Below are positions 48,656 to 57,338 of a stretch of DNA of 64,000 nt, piece by piece. Numbering within the stretch: position 1 is the first letter of the stretch; every line of letters starts with the position of its first letter. The DNA is from Escherichia phage EJP2, in sequence record OQ411014.1; one strand, 5' to 3'. The position numbers and the translations under genes were made by a program. The notes beneath the pieces are model-generated. The model was not told the DNA's origin and did not search any database. It was given only the letters and a program-made list of their open reading frames with translations.

Positions 48656-49525
48656 ATGGCAAACAAAAAATTACTACAAGAAGCTATTCAGGCTTTTGCA
48701 AATGGTGAACACGCTGTTGCTGATAAAAAACTACGTAAATATTTTATCGAAACCGCTCAAGAAATTAACAAGAAACTAGAAGAAGAAATGGAAGCGGAAG
48801 AGTGTGAAGAAATCTCTGAAGCGGAAGAAGTAGAAGACTGTGAAGAAGTCGTTGCTGAAGACATTCATTCTGGTCAATCAGAAGATCTAACTGGTGAAAT
48901 TCAATATGCACTAGGTGAAGCTGAAGACGAAGAAGTTGAAGCTGGCGAAGAAGAAATTGGTATCGACGGTGACGAAGAAGTTGCTGGCGAAGAAGAAGTT
49001 GAAGTTGAGTCTGGTGACCTACCAACTCAAGACCAATGGGCTTCCATTAAAGATGCAATTGATTCTCTAAGCAAGCGTTTCGATGAAATCGAAGGCGAAG
49101 GCGACATTGACCTAGATGTTGAAGGTGATGATGTTGGTGATGAAGAAGAAATTTCCGATTTCGAAATTGACGATGCAGGTGAAGAAGAATTTGGTGATGT
49201 ACAGTTCGGTGATGAGAAATTTGGCGAATCTTACAAAATGAAACCAGTTTCTAAACCAGGTAACGATGCAGCTAAATCTAAATCTCCAGTTGCACCAAAC
49301 GCTAAATCTCCAGTAGACGGCGTTGACCCAGTTAAGATCAAAGATGGTAACGTTGTTACTAACGATGGCGAACTTCTAAAAAATAAAGATGCTGACACTG
49401 CTAAAGTGGAAGACATGAACAACGTTATGGATAATGCTAAAGGTCTAATGAAAGACGTTAAGAAACCAGCTAATAAAGCTGACAAATCTAAGTCTGTAGT
49501 TCCATCAAAAGCACCAAAGTTCTAA
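48656..49525 (+). CDS. Highly acidic prohead core / internal protein (~290 aa)
   Basis: Asp/Glu-rich with EEVE/GEEE repeats; start placed at MANKKLL (GGAGGA RBS); exact TATAAATA at 48597-48604. Confidence 0.55.
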   Translation: MANKKLLQEAIQAFANGEHAVADKKLRKYFIETAQEINKKLEEEMEAEECEEISEAEEVEDCEEVVAEDIHSGQSEDLTGEIQYALGEAEDEEVEAGEEEIGIDGDEEVAGEEEVEVESGDLPTQDQWASIKDAIDSLSKRFDEIEGEGDIDLDVEGDDVGDEEEISDFEIDDAGEEEFGDVQFGDEKFGESYKMKPVSKPGNDAAKSKSPVAPNAKSPVDGVDPVKIKDGNVVTNDGELLKNKDADTAKVEDMNNVMDNAKGLMKDVKKPANKADKSKSVVPSKAPKF

Positions 49526-49526
49526 T

Positions 49527-49534
49527 CATAAATA
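49527..49534 (+). promoter_or_regulatory. Late-promoter-like motif CATAAATA (prohead protease)
   Basis: 7/8 match, 26 bp upstream of ATG 49560. Confidence 0.35.
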
Positions 49535-49559
49535 ATATAAAGAAAGGAGATCATTAATT

Positions 49560-50183
49560 ATGAACATGATAAGAGAGTGGTCTTCATTCAGTGATTCGAA
49601 CATTGTACTTGAATATCAAGAAAACAAATTAGGCGGTAAGGATTGCTACCTTCGTGGTATTGCAATCCAAGCCGATAAACGAAACCTGAACGAACGTATC
49701 TACCCACTAAATGAAATTGCTCATGCTGTTGAAGTTATGCAACAACGTCTGCAACGTGGTGAGAGCATTCTTGTTGAATGTGACCACCCAGAAACACTAA
49801 CTATTAACTTAGACCGAGTTGCAGCCAAAATTACGAAAGTATGGATGGAAGGTCACAATGGTATGGCAGAAATTAAACTTCTACCAACCTCACATGGCAA
49901 AAACATTCGGGCTATGCTCGAAGCAGGTGTAAAATTGGGTGTAAGCTCACGTGGTTCTGGTAACGTTGACCATAACGGTATCGTATCAGATTTCGAAATT
50001 GTTACTATTGATATTGTTGCTCAACCAAGTGCTCCAGATGCTTATCCAGAAGCAGTATTTGAGTCTCTAAACTATAAGTACGGTTCACCTGCTAACGGAA
50101 GAAAATCTATCGTTGAAAACAAGAAAGTTCCTACTTCAGTAGAAAACGAAATTCACGATTTTTTCAAGAAATTAAAAGGTTAA
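49560..50183 (+). CDS. Prohead core protease, gp21-like (207 aa)
   Basis: Size, position before scaffold and capsid genes, and motifs (YLRGIAIQADKRNLNERIYP...GVSSRGSG) consistent with the T4 gp21 protease family; recalled from memory. Confidence 0.6.
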   Translation: MNMIREWSSFSDSNIVLEYQENKLGGKDCYLRGIAIQADKRNLNERIYPLNEIAHAVEVMQQRLQRGESILVECDHPETLTINLDRVAAKITKVWMEGHNGMAEIKLLPTSHGKNIRAMLEAGVKLGVSSRGSGNVDHNGIVSDFEIVTIDIVAQPSAPDAYPEAVFESLNYKYGSPANGRKSIVENKKVPTSVENEIHDFFKKLKG

Positions 50184-50194
50184 AAAAAATTTTT

Positions 50195-50202
50195 TATAAA
50201 TA
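50195..50202 (+). promoter_or_regulatory. T4-type late promoter motif TATAAATA (scaffold gene)
   Basis: Exact TATAAATA ~54 bp upstream of ATG 50256. Confidence 0.55.
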
Positions 50203-50255
50203 TTTGTACATCAAAAGTGCTAATATTTAAAAAGTACTTTAAAGGAGAACAAACA

Positions 50256-51371
50256 ATGTCGAAATTAGATAAGTTTCTAAACGAATCTAGTCTTTCTGAT
50301 GAGGCTAAAGCACTTATCCAGGAAGCATGGAATGAAGAAAAAGCTATTGTAGCTGCCGAAATGCGTGAAGAAATGAAAGGACGTTACCAAGAAGATTTAG
50401 GTCGCTTAACTGAAGGTCTAAATACAATGATGACTGGTGTCATCAACGAAGAAATGAAAACCGTATATGATGAACGTAAACGTCTATCAGAAGATCGTGT
50501 TACTCTTCGTAAAACCCTTGGCAACTTTTCACAATTTGCAAACGGTGTGCTAGCTGAAGAAGTTAAAGGTATGCGTACTGAACGTATCCAAGTTCAAGAA
50601 AGTCTAGACAAGTTCATCGGTTTTAGTAATAAAATCCTAGCTGAAGAACTAAAAGACTTCCATACAGAAAAAACCCAACTAGTTGAAGCACGCGTTAAAC
50701 TAATCGCTGAAGGTCATAAGCAAATTGCTGAAGCCCGTCAGAACTTTGTAAAACGTGCCGCTGAATCCGCTGCTGTTTATATCGCAGAAACCACTCACAA
50801 AAATCTATCGTCTCTTAAAGATGATCTTCGTGAAGCTAAACAAAATATGTTTGGTCGTAAAATTTTCGAAGCGTTTGCGAATGAGTTCCACAATAAACAA
50901 TATAGCGAAAATTCAATTCTACGTCAGTTGACCGAATCTGTGAAACAACATGAAAGCGAAGTGATGGATATGAAGGTCGCTCTTCAAGAATCCAAACAAG
51001 TAGCTGCTGATGCACAACGTAAGATGCGTATCATGGAAGATACTCAAGCTCGTGCAGCAATCATGTCTGAACTGGTTAAGCCTCTTAACCCACAGCAAAA
51101 ACAAATTATGGAATCACTACTTCAAACTTCCCCTACTGCGAAGCTAAAAGACGATTTCAACAAGTATCATAAATCTGTACTGAAAGGTACACTAAATGAG
51201 TCTGCTGCAAAAGGCCGCCCAGCAGTTGATAATAAGGCAAACAAACAAACTCTAGCTGAAGGTAAAGTTATTACCGGAAATCGAGCAGCGATTGTTGAAA
51301 ATGAAATGGACAGTACTGATATGGCGTTCCTCAAAGAAATCGAACACCTTGCAGGAATGACCAAAAAATAA
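50256..51371 (+). CDS. Prohead scaffold protein, gp22-like (coiled-coil, ~371 aa)
   Basis: Charged helical protein immediately upstream of the major capsid gene; exact TATAAATA at 50195-50202; start placed at the ATG with AAGGAGA RBS. Confidence 0.55.
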   Translation: MSKLDKFLNESSLSDEAKALIQEAWNEEKAIVAAEMREEMKGRYQEDLGRLTEGLNTMMTGVINEEMKTVYDERKRLSEDRVTLRKTLGNFSQFANGVLAEEVKGMRTERIQVQESLDKFIGFSNKILAEELKDFHTEKTQLVEARVKLIAEGHKQIAEARQNFVKRAAESAAVYIAETTHKNLSSLKDDLREAKQNMFGRKIFEAFANEFHNKQYSENSILRQLTESVKQHESEVMDMKVALQESKQVAADAQRKMRIMEDTQARAAIMSELVKPLNPQQKQIMESLLQTSPTAKLKDDFNKYHKSVLKGTLNESAAKGRPAVDNKANKQTLAEGKVITGNRAAIVENEMDSTDMAFLKEIEHLAGMTKK

Positions 51372-51399
51372 TTATTTTATAAAGCTAATCTTTTTCAGT

Positions 51400-51407
51400 G
51401 ATAAATA
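51400..51407 (+). promoter_or_regulatory. Late-promoter-like motif GATAAATA (major capsid gene)
   Basis: 7/8 match to TATAAATA, 48 bp upstream of ATG 51455; shares downstream ACATACTGAAA with the 48597 motif. Confidence 0.4.
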
Positions 51408-51454
51408 ATAACATACTGAAAAGCGAAATAAACCATCTTTTAAGGAGATATAAA

Positions 51455-52630
51455 ATGTCACAACTATTAACTGAATCTAAATGGGCACAAGTTAAGAGCA
51501 AACTAACCGAAGGTCTAAAAGACAACCGTAAACTAGTAATGGAATCTGTTCTAGAAAACCATCGTAAAGTAATGCTAAACGAAAACGCTTCTGGCGGTGC
51601 AACTTCTGCTGGTAACATTGCTACCCTAAACAAAGTAATTCTACCAATCATGCGTCGTGTAATGCCAACCGTTATCGCTAACGAAATCATCGGTGTTCAA
51701 CCAATGTCTGGCCCAGTTGGTCAAATCCATACCCTACGTGTTCAATATGCTGATAACGCACCAGGCGTTGTAGCTGGTGAAGAAATGCTATCCCCATACA
51801 AAATCGCTAAGTCCTATACTGGTGATGTGAATGGCGATAACGAAAATCCACGTGCTGCTCCTACTAGTCAACTAGAAGGTACTATGGGTCGTCGCGTTAA
51901 CATCCGTATCCTACGTGAAACCGTTGAAGCGAAATCTCGTCGTCTATCCGCTCGTTGGACTGTTGAATCTGCACAAGATGCACAATCTCAACACGGTATC
52001 GATATCGAAGCTGAACTAATGGCTGCTATCGCTCAAGAAGTTACTACTGAAATCGACCAAGAGCTACTACACAAACTACGTGCTCTACCTGGTGCTGCTG
52101 CTGTAACTTATGACCAATCCAAAGTTACTGGTGTTGCTACTTTCGTTGGTGATGAACATGCTGCTCTAGCTACTCTAATCAACCGTCAAGCGAACGAAGT
52201 TGCTCGTCGTACCAAACGTGGTGCTGCAAACTGGGCTGTTGTTTCCCCAACCGCACTAACCATTCTACAGTCTGCAACTACTTCTAGCTTTGCTCGTACC
52301 ACCGAAGGTACTTTCGAAGCACCAACTAACGTTAAGTTTGTTGGCGTACTAAACAGTACTATGCGTATCTATGTTGATACCTATGCAGATGACAGTACTG
52401 ATGTACTAATCGGTTACAAAGGTAATGCTGAAACTGATGCTGGCGTGTTCTACTGCCCGTACATCCCACTAATGGCTTCCGGTACTGTAATGGACCCTAA
52501 CACTGGGGAACTCGTAACAACATTCTTAACCAGATATGGCTACGTACAGTTGACCGACAGTACCAGTTCTCTTGGTAACGCGGCTGACTACTACAGCAAA
52601 ATTGCTATCCGCAACGTAACCTTCATGTAA
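51455..52630 (+). CDS. 23: Major capsid protein, gp23-like (~391 aa)
   Basis: Three blocks align to T4 gp23: ILPIMRRVMPTVIANEIIGVQPMSGPVGQIHTLRVQY; VNIRILRETVEAKSRRLSARWTVESAQD; MRIYVDTYADDSTDVLIGYKGNAETDAGVFYCPYIPL. Start at ATG 51455 with GGAGAT RBS. Confidence 0.9.
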   Translation: MSQLLTESKWAQVKSKLTEGLKDNRKLVMESVLENHRKVMLNENASGGATSAGNIATLNKVILPIMRRVMPTVIANEIIGVQPMSGPVGQIHTLRVQYADNAPGVVAGEEMLSPYKIAKSYTGDVNGDNENPRAAPTSQLEGTMGRRVNIRILRETVEAKSRRLSARWTVESAQDAQSQHGIDIEAELMAAIAQEVTTEIDQELLHKLRALPGAAAVTYDQSKVTGVATFVGDEHAALATLINRQANEVARRTKRGAANWAVVSPTALTILQSATTSSFARTTEGTFEAPTNVKFVGVLNSTMRIYVDTYADDSTDVLIGYKGNAETDAGVFYCPYIPLMASGTVMDPNTGELVTTFLTRYGYVQLTDSTSSLGNAADYYSKIAIRNVTFM

Positions 52631-52646
52631 TATGTTTTAAAACCTT

Positions 52647-52679
52647 AAAAGGGACTCTTGACGAGTCCCTTTTCTTTTA
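52647..52679 (+). terminator. Rho-independent terminator after the major capsid gene
   Basis: AAAGGGACTC-TTGAC-GAGTCCCTTTT then CTTTTATT. Confidence 0.75.
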
Positions 52680-52686
52680 TTATAAT
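52658..52686 (+). promoter_or_regulatory. Near-consensus sigma70 promoter (TTGACG-N17-TATAAT) for the homing-endonuclease-like gene
   Basis: TTGACG 52658-52663 lies inside the capsid-gene terminator stem; TATAAT 52681-52686. Confidence 0.5.
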
Positions 52687-52728
52687 CACACGTATACAAA
52701 GAAACCCCAACTGAAGAGAATTAAAAAA

Positions 52729-53823
52729 ATGCCTAAATCATCAATGACTCAACAAGAATTCGAAACTAAAATGACCGAGAAGTATGGTAAAGTAGATTTC
52801 AGTACTATGACGTTTAAGTTGAGTAAAACTACAATCAATTGTCCTAAGTGTGGAAACGCAAATACCAAATCTGCAATCCGACACATTGAATGTACTTGTG
52901 CAAACTGTTTTTCCAATATGTCACAACGTTCTAGTAATGAAATTTTCATCGAAAAAGTAGAAAACAAATTCGGAGCAGGTAAGTTCAAATTCGACAAACT
53001 AAATTATCATAACGCCAAAACTCCGGTTGAATTGTTCTGCACTGAACATAATGCATATTTCACCATTGTCCCAAATAAAATGCTCACTGGACATGGTTGT
53101 AATGTATGTAATAAAAATGAAGCACATACTACTGAAAGTTTCATTACAATTGCGAAAAAGAATTATGGCACTACCACGTTTGACTTCACTAATACAGTGT
53201 ATGTTAACCGCCAAACTAAAGTATCAATCCATTGTAACGAAGGTAATCACGAATGGTTAGTTAACCCAGCAACTATAATCGCCGGAATAAACCAATGTGG
53301 TGTCTGTAAACGCAAATCTGGTATGACAACGGAACGTTTTATTAGTGATGCAAACTCTGTACATGATAATGCATACACATATGAGAACACTGTTTATAAA
53401 AGAAGTGAATGTGTCGTAGATATCACATGTCCAAAGCATGGAAACTTTACACAATCACCAAAGTCACACCTTCGTGGTCGTGGATGTCCAAAGTGTGGTA
53501 AGTATGGTTATCAACAAACACAGCCAGGTTACTTCTATATTCAGAAGTTGACGAATGAGAACAAAACTGTGTATAAGTACGGAATCACTGGTGACATGAA
53601 ACGTCGCGTCCAAGAACAATCCCGTGATTCTGTATTTGAACACGAAGTGCTTGTTGAAATGTACTTTGAAGACGGAAAGAAACCAATGGCATTAGAATCA
53701 CTGTTGAAGAACTATATTGAGAGTGGAGTCACCAGTACTGAAGAATTGCCATCAGGATTTTCGGAAACCTTTGATGAGAAGTACTTAGATGAAGTACTAT
53801 CCATAGTAAATAACTTTAGGTAA
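52729..53823 (+). CDS. Homing-endonuclease-like protein: N-terminal zinc-ribbon repeats plus C-terminal T5orf172 (GIY-YIG-related) domain
   Basis: Four repeats of C..C / HG-F...P..H-x-G-x-GCP-x-C type; C-terminal GYFYIQKL...VYKYGITGDMKRRVQE block; own near-consensus sigma70 promoter at 52658-52686. Confidence 0.6.
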   Translation: MPKSSMTQQEFETKMTEKYGKVDFSTMTFKLSKTTINCPKCGNANTKSAIRHIECTCANCFSNMSQRSSNEIFIEKVENKFGAGKFKFDKLNYHNAKTPVELFCTEHNAYFTIVPNKMLTGHGCNVCNKNEAHTTESFITIAKKNYGTTTFDFTNTVYVNRQTKVSIHCNEGNHEWLVNPATIIAGINQCGVCKRKSGMTTERFISDANSVHDNAYTYENTVYKRSECVVDITCPKHGNFTQSPKSHLRGRGCPKCGKYGYQQTQPGYFYIQKLTNENKTVYKYGITGDMKRRVQEQSRDSVFEHEVLVEMYFEDGKKPMALESLLKNYIESGVTSTEELPSGFSETFDEKYLDEVLSIVNNFR

Positions 53824-53843
53824 TAACAGAAGGACAAGAATTC

Positions 53844-54236
53844 ATGGATGAAAACACAATAGTAACGGTATATCGATTCGGAAAGGAAGTTTACCTAAAG
53901 AACAGTACTGGAAACTTTGAATCTCTCATTGAAGGATACCCATTAGTAGCATATAATGCAGATACAGAAGAGCTATACCAGTATCAGGATGCACATAGAT
54001 ACAGTAAAGGTAGTTTTGTGCAGGATATGCTACAGATTGACGGCACTGAGATGAGTTATAAGATGTACTTAGACGTCTACAAGGCTGAAATGAACAAGAA
54101 ACACATCTCTGCACCAGTACTGGCAGAGATTTACGAAAATCAACACCAAAATCCGCACTTAACTGATGATTTGAAGCCAGTTAATGCGTTTGACAAGCTA
54201 AGTAAGCTCGGATTGAACTTCAAAATCAGTAGATAA
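53844..54236 (+). CDS. Hypothetical protein (130 aa)
   Basis: ORF with GGACAAGAA RBS-like sequence between the two endonuclease-like genes. Confidence 0.45.
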   Translation: MDENTIVTVYRFGKEVYLKNSTGNFESLIEGYPLVAYNADTEELYQYQDAHRYSKGSFVQDMLQIDGTEMSYKMYLDVYKAEMNKKHISAPVLAEIYENQHQNPHLTDDLKPVNAFDKLSKLGLNFKISR

Positions 54237-54239
54237 ATA
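54232..54239 (+). promoter_or_regulatory. Late-promoter-like motif GATAAATA (T5orf172 gene)
   Basis: 7/8 match, 38 bp upstream of ATG 54277. Confidence 0.3.
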
Positions 54240-54276
54240 ATCCCAGAGTACAATTCAGTACTATGGGAGAGATTAA

Positions 54277-54582
54277 ATGCAAATATGTTACGTAATCACC
54301 AATAAAGCATGGCCTGAGTGGGTAAAAATTGGATTCACATCTAAATCAGAGATGAAATCCAGACTAAGTACATACCAGACGGGTTCACCATTTAGAGATT
54401 ATGAAGTATATCATGAAGTACTATTTGATGATGCGAAATCCGCTGAAAAAGAAGTACATAAGCGTTTAAAACAAATGAATGCAACTAGATCACCAGGGAC
54501 TGAGTGGTTTAAAATGAGTAAAAAAATAGCAGCCAATATGATTGATTCAGTTCTAGATGATATAGAGAACGACTTGCTATAA
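54277..54582 (+). CDS. Stand-alone T5orf172-domain protein (101 aa), homing-endonuclease-like
   Basis: ICYVITNKAWPEWVKIGFT...RLSTYQTGSPF...EKEVHKRL...GTEWF matches the T5orf172 pattern; GGGAGA RBS. Confidence 0.6.
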   Translation: MQICYVITNKAWPEWVKIGFTSKSEMKSRLSTYQTGSPFRDYEVYHEVLFDDAKSAEKEVHKRLKQMNATRSPGTEWFKMSKKIAANMIDSVLDDIENDLL

Positions 54583-54585
54583 ATA
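54578..54585 (+). promoter_or_regulatory. T4-type late promoter motif TATAAATA (tail fibre gene)
   Basis: Exact TATAAATA 38 bp upstream of ATG 54623. Confidence 0.55.
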
Positions 54586-54593
54586 TCAATATA

Positions 54594-54622
54594 TTGACAT
54601 ACGATAAAAAGGATTTTATAAT
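54594..54622 (+). promoter_or_regulatory. Perfect consensus sigma70 promoter (TTGACA-N17-TATAAT) abutting the tail-fibre start codon
   Basis: TTGACA 54594-54599, TATAAT 54617-54622, ATG at 54623; the predicted start site would fall inside the ORF, so function is uncertain. Confidence 0.35.
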
Positions 54623-56332
54623 ATGAGTATTAGTTTTAACCATCCTTCCAACATTGTAACGAGTACGAGTACTCTTGAGATTACAGCATTGGGTGGAACA
54701 GCTAGTAATCCTAAACCAATACGTTTGAATGCATCATCGTTGATTGTTCCGGTTAAACCTCTTCCAGCAGGTGAAATGGGTGCATTAGTATTCGACAATT
54801 CAACCCATACTATGAAGTATCATGACGGTACTAGTTGGGTAGAACTATTGGCTAAAGATGTAATACTACAACCAATCATTAATGATATTGCAACCATTAA
54901 TACTAAATTAGGAACTAAAGTAGATAGTGTTACTTACTCATCTAGTGCCATCCCAAGTGCATCTGTGAGTGGTACAACATTAAACATTATCTTCCCAACT
55001 GGTAGTACTGGCGGTACTGGCCCAACAGGGTTGTATACTTCCCTTAAACCTGGTACAATAACCCACTATGCATTAACATCAGGTCAAAACGCAGCATCTA
55101 TTCGTGAACAGATGTCTGGTGTTTCCGGTGGTCAATCAGGCCGCAACGGAACTTCAGGATCTCCATACAAAACTTCCGATGGTTGGTGTTTCGCTGATGG
55201 ATTATACTGGACATGGGCTGGTGAAAATGGTACAGTAACAAAACAGGTTCCGAACTTAAACCAAGATGCTTATTTGAAACCAATGACTGTTTCTGGTGTA
55301 ACACAAATCGCATCTGTTATTGCTGGTTCAGCACAAATTGGTCAAACTGCATTATCTATTGCTCAATTGCCACCACACAGCTTCACTGTGAGTGGACAAA
55401 CAAGCACAGCGGGTGAGCACATCCACTCCCAACAACTTAGAGGTAATGACCGTTCAGGACACACTGCAATCACTTCTTCTGCTGATGCAGGTATCCCAAC
55501 AGTAATTACTAACGTTAACGCTGCTGGTAATCACATCCATACATTCTCTGGTTCATCCAATACTATTGGTTCTGGTCAGGGTCATGGACATACAATTTCA
55601 AATATTGATGTTAACCACTTTACTGTTGCTGTTTTATATAACATCGCAGAAGGTTCAGTTGCATTGAGTGAGAAAGTTGCAAGTACTAAGTACGTACTGA
55701 AAGCTGGAGACGTAATGACTGGTTCACTTACTATTGCCAACGCATCAATTCTTCGTGGTGATGACGCTTCTCTAGTCCAGTACTTCAGATATGCAAACAA
55801 CACAGAACGTGCAGCAATTTATCATTCATCTTCTAACAACACATTACGTTTACGTAGTAGTGGTGGCACAGAAGTAACGATTGCCAATAACGGTACTTTG
55901 TTCGCTAGTGCATTAACAGGTTCGTCTGGTAACATCAGCGGTACTTTAACAGCTAGTACTATTAGTGCAACTAACGGTACTTTCAGCGGTACTTTAACTG
56001 TTAACTATACCAATACATCTTCATTGAACGTAACAAGTCAATCTGCTGTAGTTGGTGGTAAGAACATTGTTCGCTCCATTAACGGTACTGGTGCTGATGG
56101 AAACGGTAACGTAACACTAACTCTAGGTGCTATCCAAAATATTAAACTTGGGCCACGCCGCCAAACTCCAAAAATGAAAGATGCTTCTTGGACGCATGTC
56201 GAAGCAGGTGGTTTATTGGATGGTGCTTGGATTTCTGTCAACGGTAGTTCAGGAACACACTTAGAAAGATTGAGTTATAGAATGGTTTCTGTTATGGTTA
56301 ACGGCGTATGGAAAACAATTGACGTTGAATAA
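54623..56332 (+). CDS. Tail fibre protein with His-rich tip (569 aa)
   Basis: N-terminal fibre motif (GALVFDNSTHTMKYHDGTSWVEL); His-rich HxH segment (HIHSQ...GNHIHTF...GQGHGHT) like metal-binding tips of T4-type fibres; exact TATAAATA at 54578-54585; followed by a chaperone-like gene. Confidence 0.7.
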   Translation: MSISFNHPSNIVTSTSTLEITALGGTASNPKPIRLNASSLIVPVKPLPAGEMGALVFDNSTHTMKYHDGTSWVELLAKDVILQPIINDIATINTKLGTKVDSVTYSSSAIPSASVSGTTLNIIFPTGSTGGTGPTGLYTSLKPGTITHYALTSGQNAASIREQMSGVSGGQSGRNGTSGSPYKTSDGWCFADGLYWTWAGENGTVTKQVPNLNQDAYLKPMTVSGVTQIASVIAGSAQIGQTALSIAQLPPHSFTVSGQTSTAGEHIHSQQLRGNDRSGHTAITSSADAGIPTVITNVNAAGNHIHTFSGSSNTIGSGQGHGHTISNIDVNHFTVAVLYNIAEGSVALSEKVASTKYVLKAGDVMTGSLTIANASILRGDDASLVQYFRYANNTERAAIYHSSSNNTLRLRSSGGTEVTIANNGTLFASALTGSSGNISGTLTASTISATNGTFSGTLTVNYTNTSSLNVTSQSAVVGGKNIVRSINGTGADGNGNVTLTLGAIQNIKLGPRRQTPKMKDASWTHVEAGGLLDGAWISVNGSSGTHLERLSYRMVSVMVNGVWKTIDVE

Positions 56333-56347
56333 TAATAGGAATATAGT

Positions 56348-56860
56348 ATGCTTAATCTGAAAAATTTCAAAAAGTACAAACCGGAAGGTATCATTGACGG
56401 TTTTATGTATCTTATATCAGAAGATGGGTTAGATTGGTATGAGGCACGTGAAATGTTCCAAGAAGATACAGTGAAGATTTTGTATGAGAATGACGGCACT
56501 ATTGTATGTGCCGACTACACGGCACTATTCATGCCCCCATTAGATTGTAGTATTGCTGAAATATACTATGACGGAAACTTGAATGATTTGTATGGGATGG
56601 TTTTCGATGGTGAAAAAGTAGTACCATACGATGAACCAAACTCTGAACGGATTGAGCGTTTAAAATCTGAGCAAAAGAATCTTAAAGTATCTGCAATCAA
56701 CGAACTGAATAACTTAAAAATGGCAATCGACCTTGATGTAGCAACCGAAGATGAAAAGAAACTCTTCCCAGTACTGAAGAGTTACATCATGAAACTATCC
56801 ACTTTCACTGATGATGATTTCACTGATAAACTGTTTGAATTTCCAGTTAAACCAGTTTAA
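56348..56860 (+). CDS. Tail fibre assembly chaperone, Tfa-like (170 aa)
   Basis: Immediately downstream of the fibre gene; C-terminal region (AINELNNLKMAIDLDVATEDEKKLFPVLKSYIMKL...FPVKPV) resembles the conserved Tfa C-terminus. Confidence 0.55.
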   Translation: MLNLKNFKKYKPEGIIDGFMYLISEDGLDWYEAREMFQEDTVKILYENDGTIVCADYTALFMPPLDCSIAEIYYDGNLNDLYGMVFDGEKVVPYDEPNSERIERLKSEQKNLKVSAINELNNLKMAIDLDVATEDEKKLFPVLKSYIMKLSTFTDDDFTDKLFEFPVKPV

Positions 56861-56869
56861 CAAAAAAAT

Positions 56870-56899
56870 ATGAGACAAATCGAAAACGTCTGATATAAT
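56870..56899 (+). promoter_or_regulatory. Sigma70-type promoter upstream of the 99-aa gene and DNA polymerase
   Basis: ATGAGA 56870-56875, TGATATAAT 56891-56899; followed by a 7-bp inverted repeat (GTCATCT...AGATGAC) around 56903-56927. Confidence 0.65.
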
Positions 56900-56956
56900 A
56901 GAGTCATCTGACATGGTGTTAGATGACTTTTCTAAAATCCAAATGGAGAAAACATA

Positions 56957-57256
56957 ATGGCTAAGAAACTCGAAAACAAAGTTGAACTACACGATCTAAA
57001 CGATGAACAACGTAAACGTCTAGGTGACGGCTTGACAAATGCTGTAGTTCAGCTAACATACCATAAGAGTGTAAAAGAGTCTTACAAAGAGTTTATCAAC
57101 AGCCTAGCTGATGAACTTGGTATTGATGCTGGAACTATTCGTGCAGCAGCAGCCCGTATGGAAAAAGGTGATTTCTTCGAGAAGGTTCGTAAGCAAGATG
57201 AAATCGAAACTATGCTACAAATCACTGGTAATCTACCAGCAGAAGATGACGAGTAA
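56957..57256 (+). CDS. Hypothetical early protein (99 aa)
   Basis: ORF downstream of sigma70-type promoter 56870-56899; GGAGAAAA RBS; terminator follows. Confidence 0.5.
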   Translation: MAKKLENKVELHDLNDEQRKRLGDGLTNAVVQLTYHKSVKESYKEFINSLADELGIDAGTIRAAAARMEKGDFFEKVRKQDEIETMLQITGNLPAEDDE

Positions 57257-57270
57257 TAACAAGTAACTAT

Positions 57271-57300
57271 AAGCCTCCAAATGATTGGGGGCTTTTATTT
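57271..57300 (+). terminator. Terminator after the 99-aa gene
   Basis: AGCCTCC-AAATGATT-GGGGGCTTTTATTTT (one G-U pair). Confidence 0.55.
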
Positions 57301-57338
57301 TGCATTAAGTTTATCGTTTATTTTATAAGGAGATAAGT

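Noticed and set aside
57300-57328. TTGCAT-N17-TTATAA as a separate promoter for the DNA polymerase
   Set aside because: Both hexamers are weak matches in AT-rich DNA; the polymerase is more simply expressed from the promoter at 56870 by read-through of the terminator at 57271.
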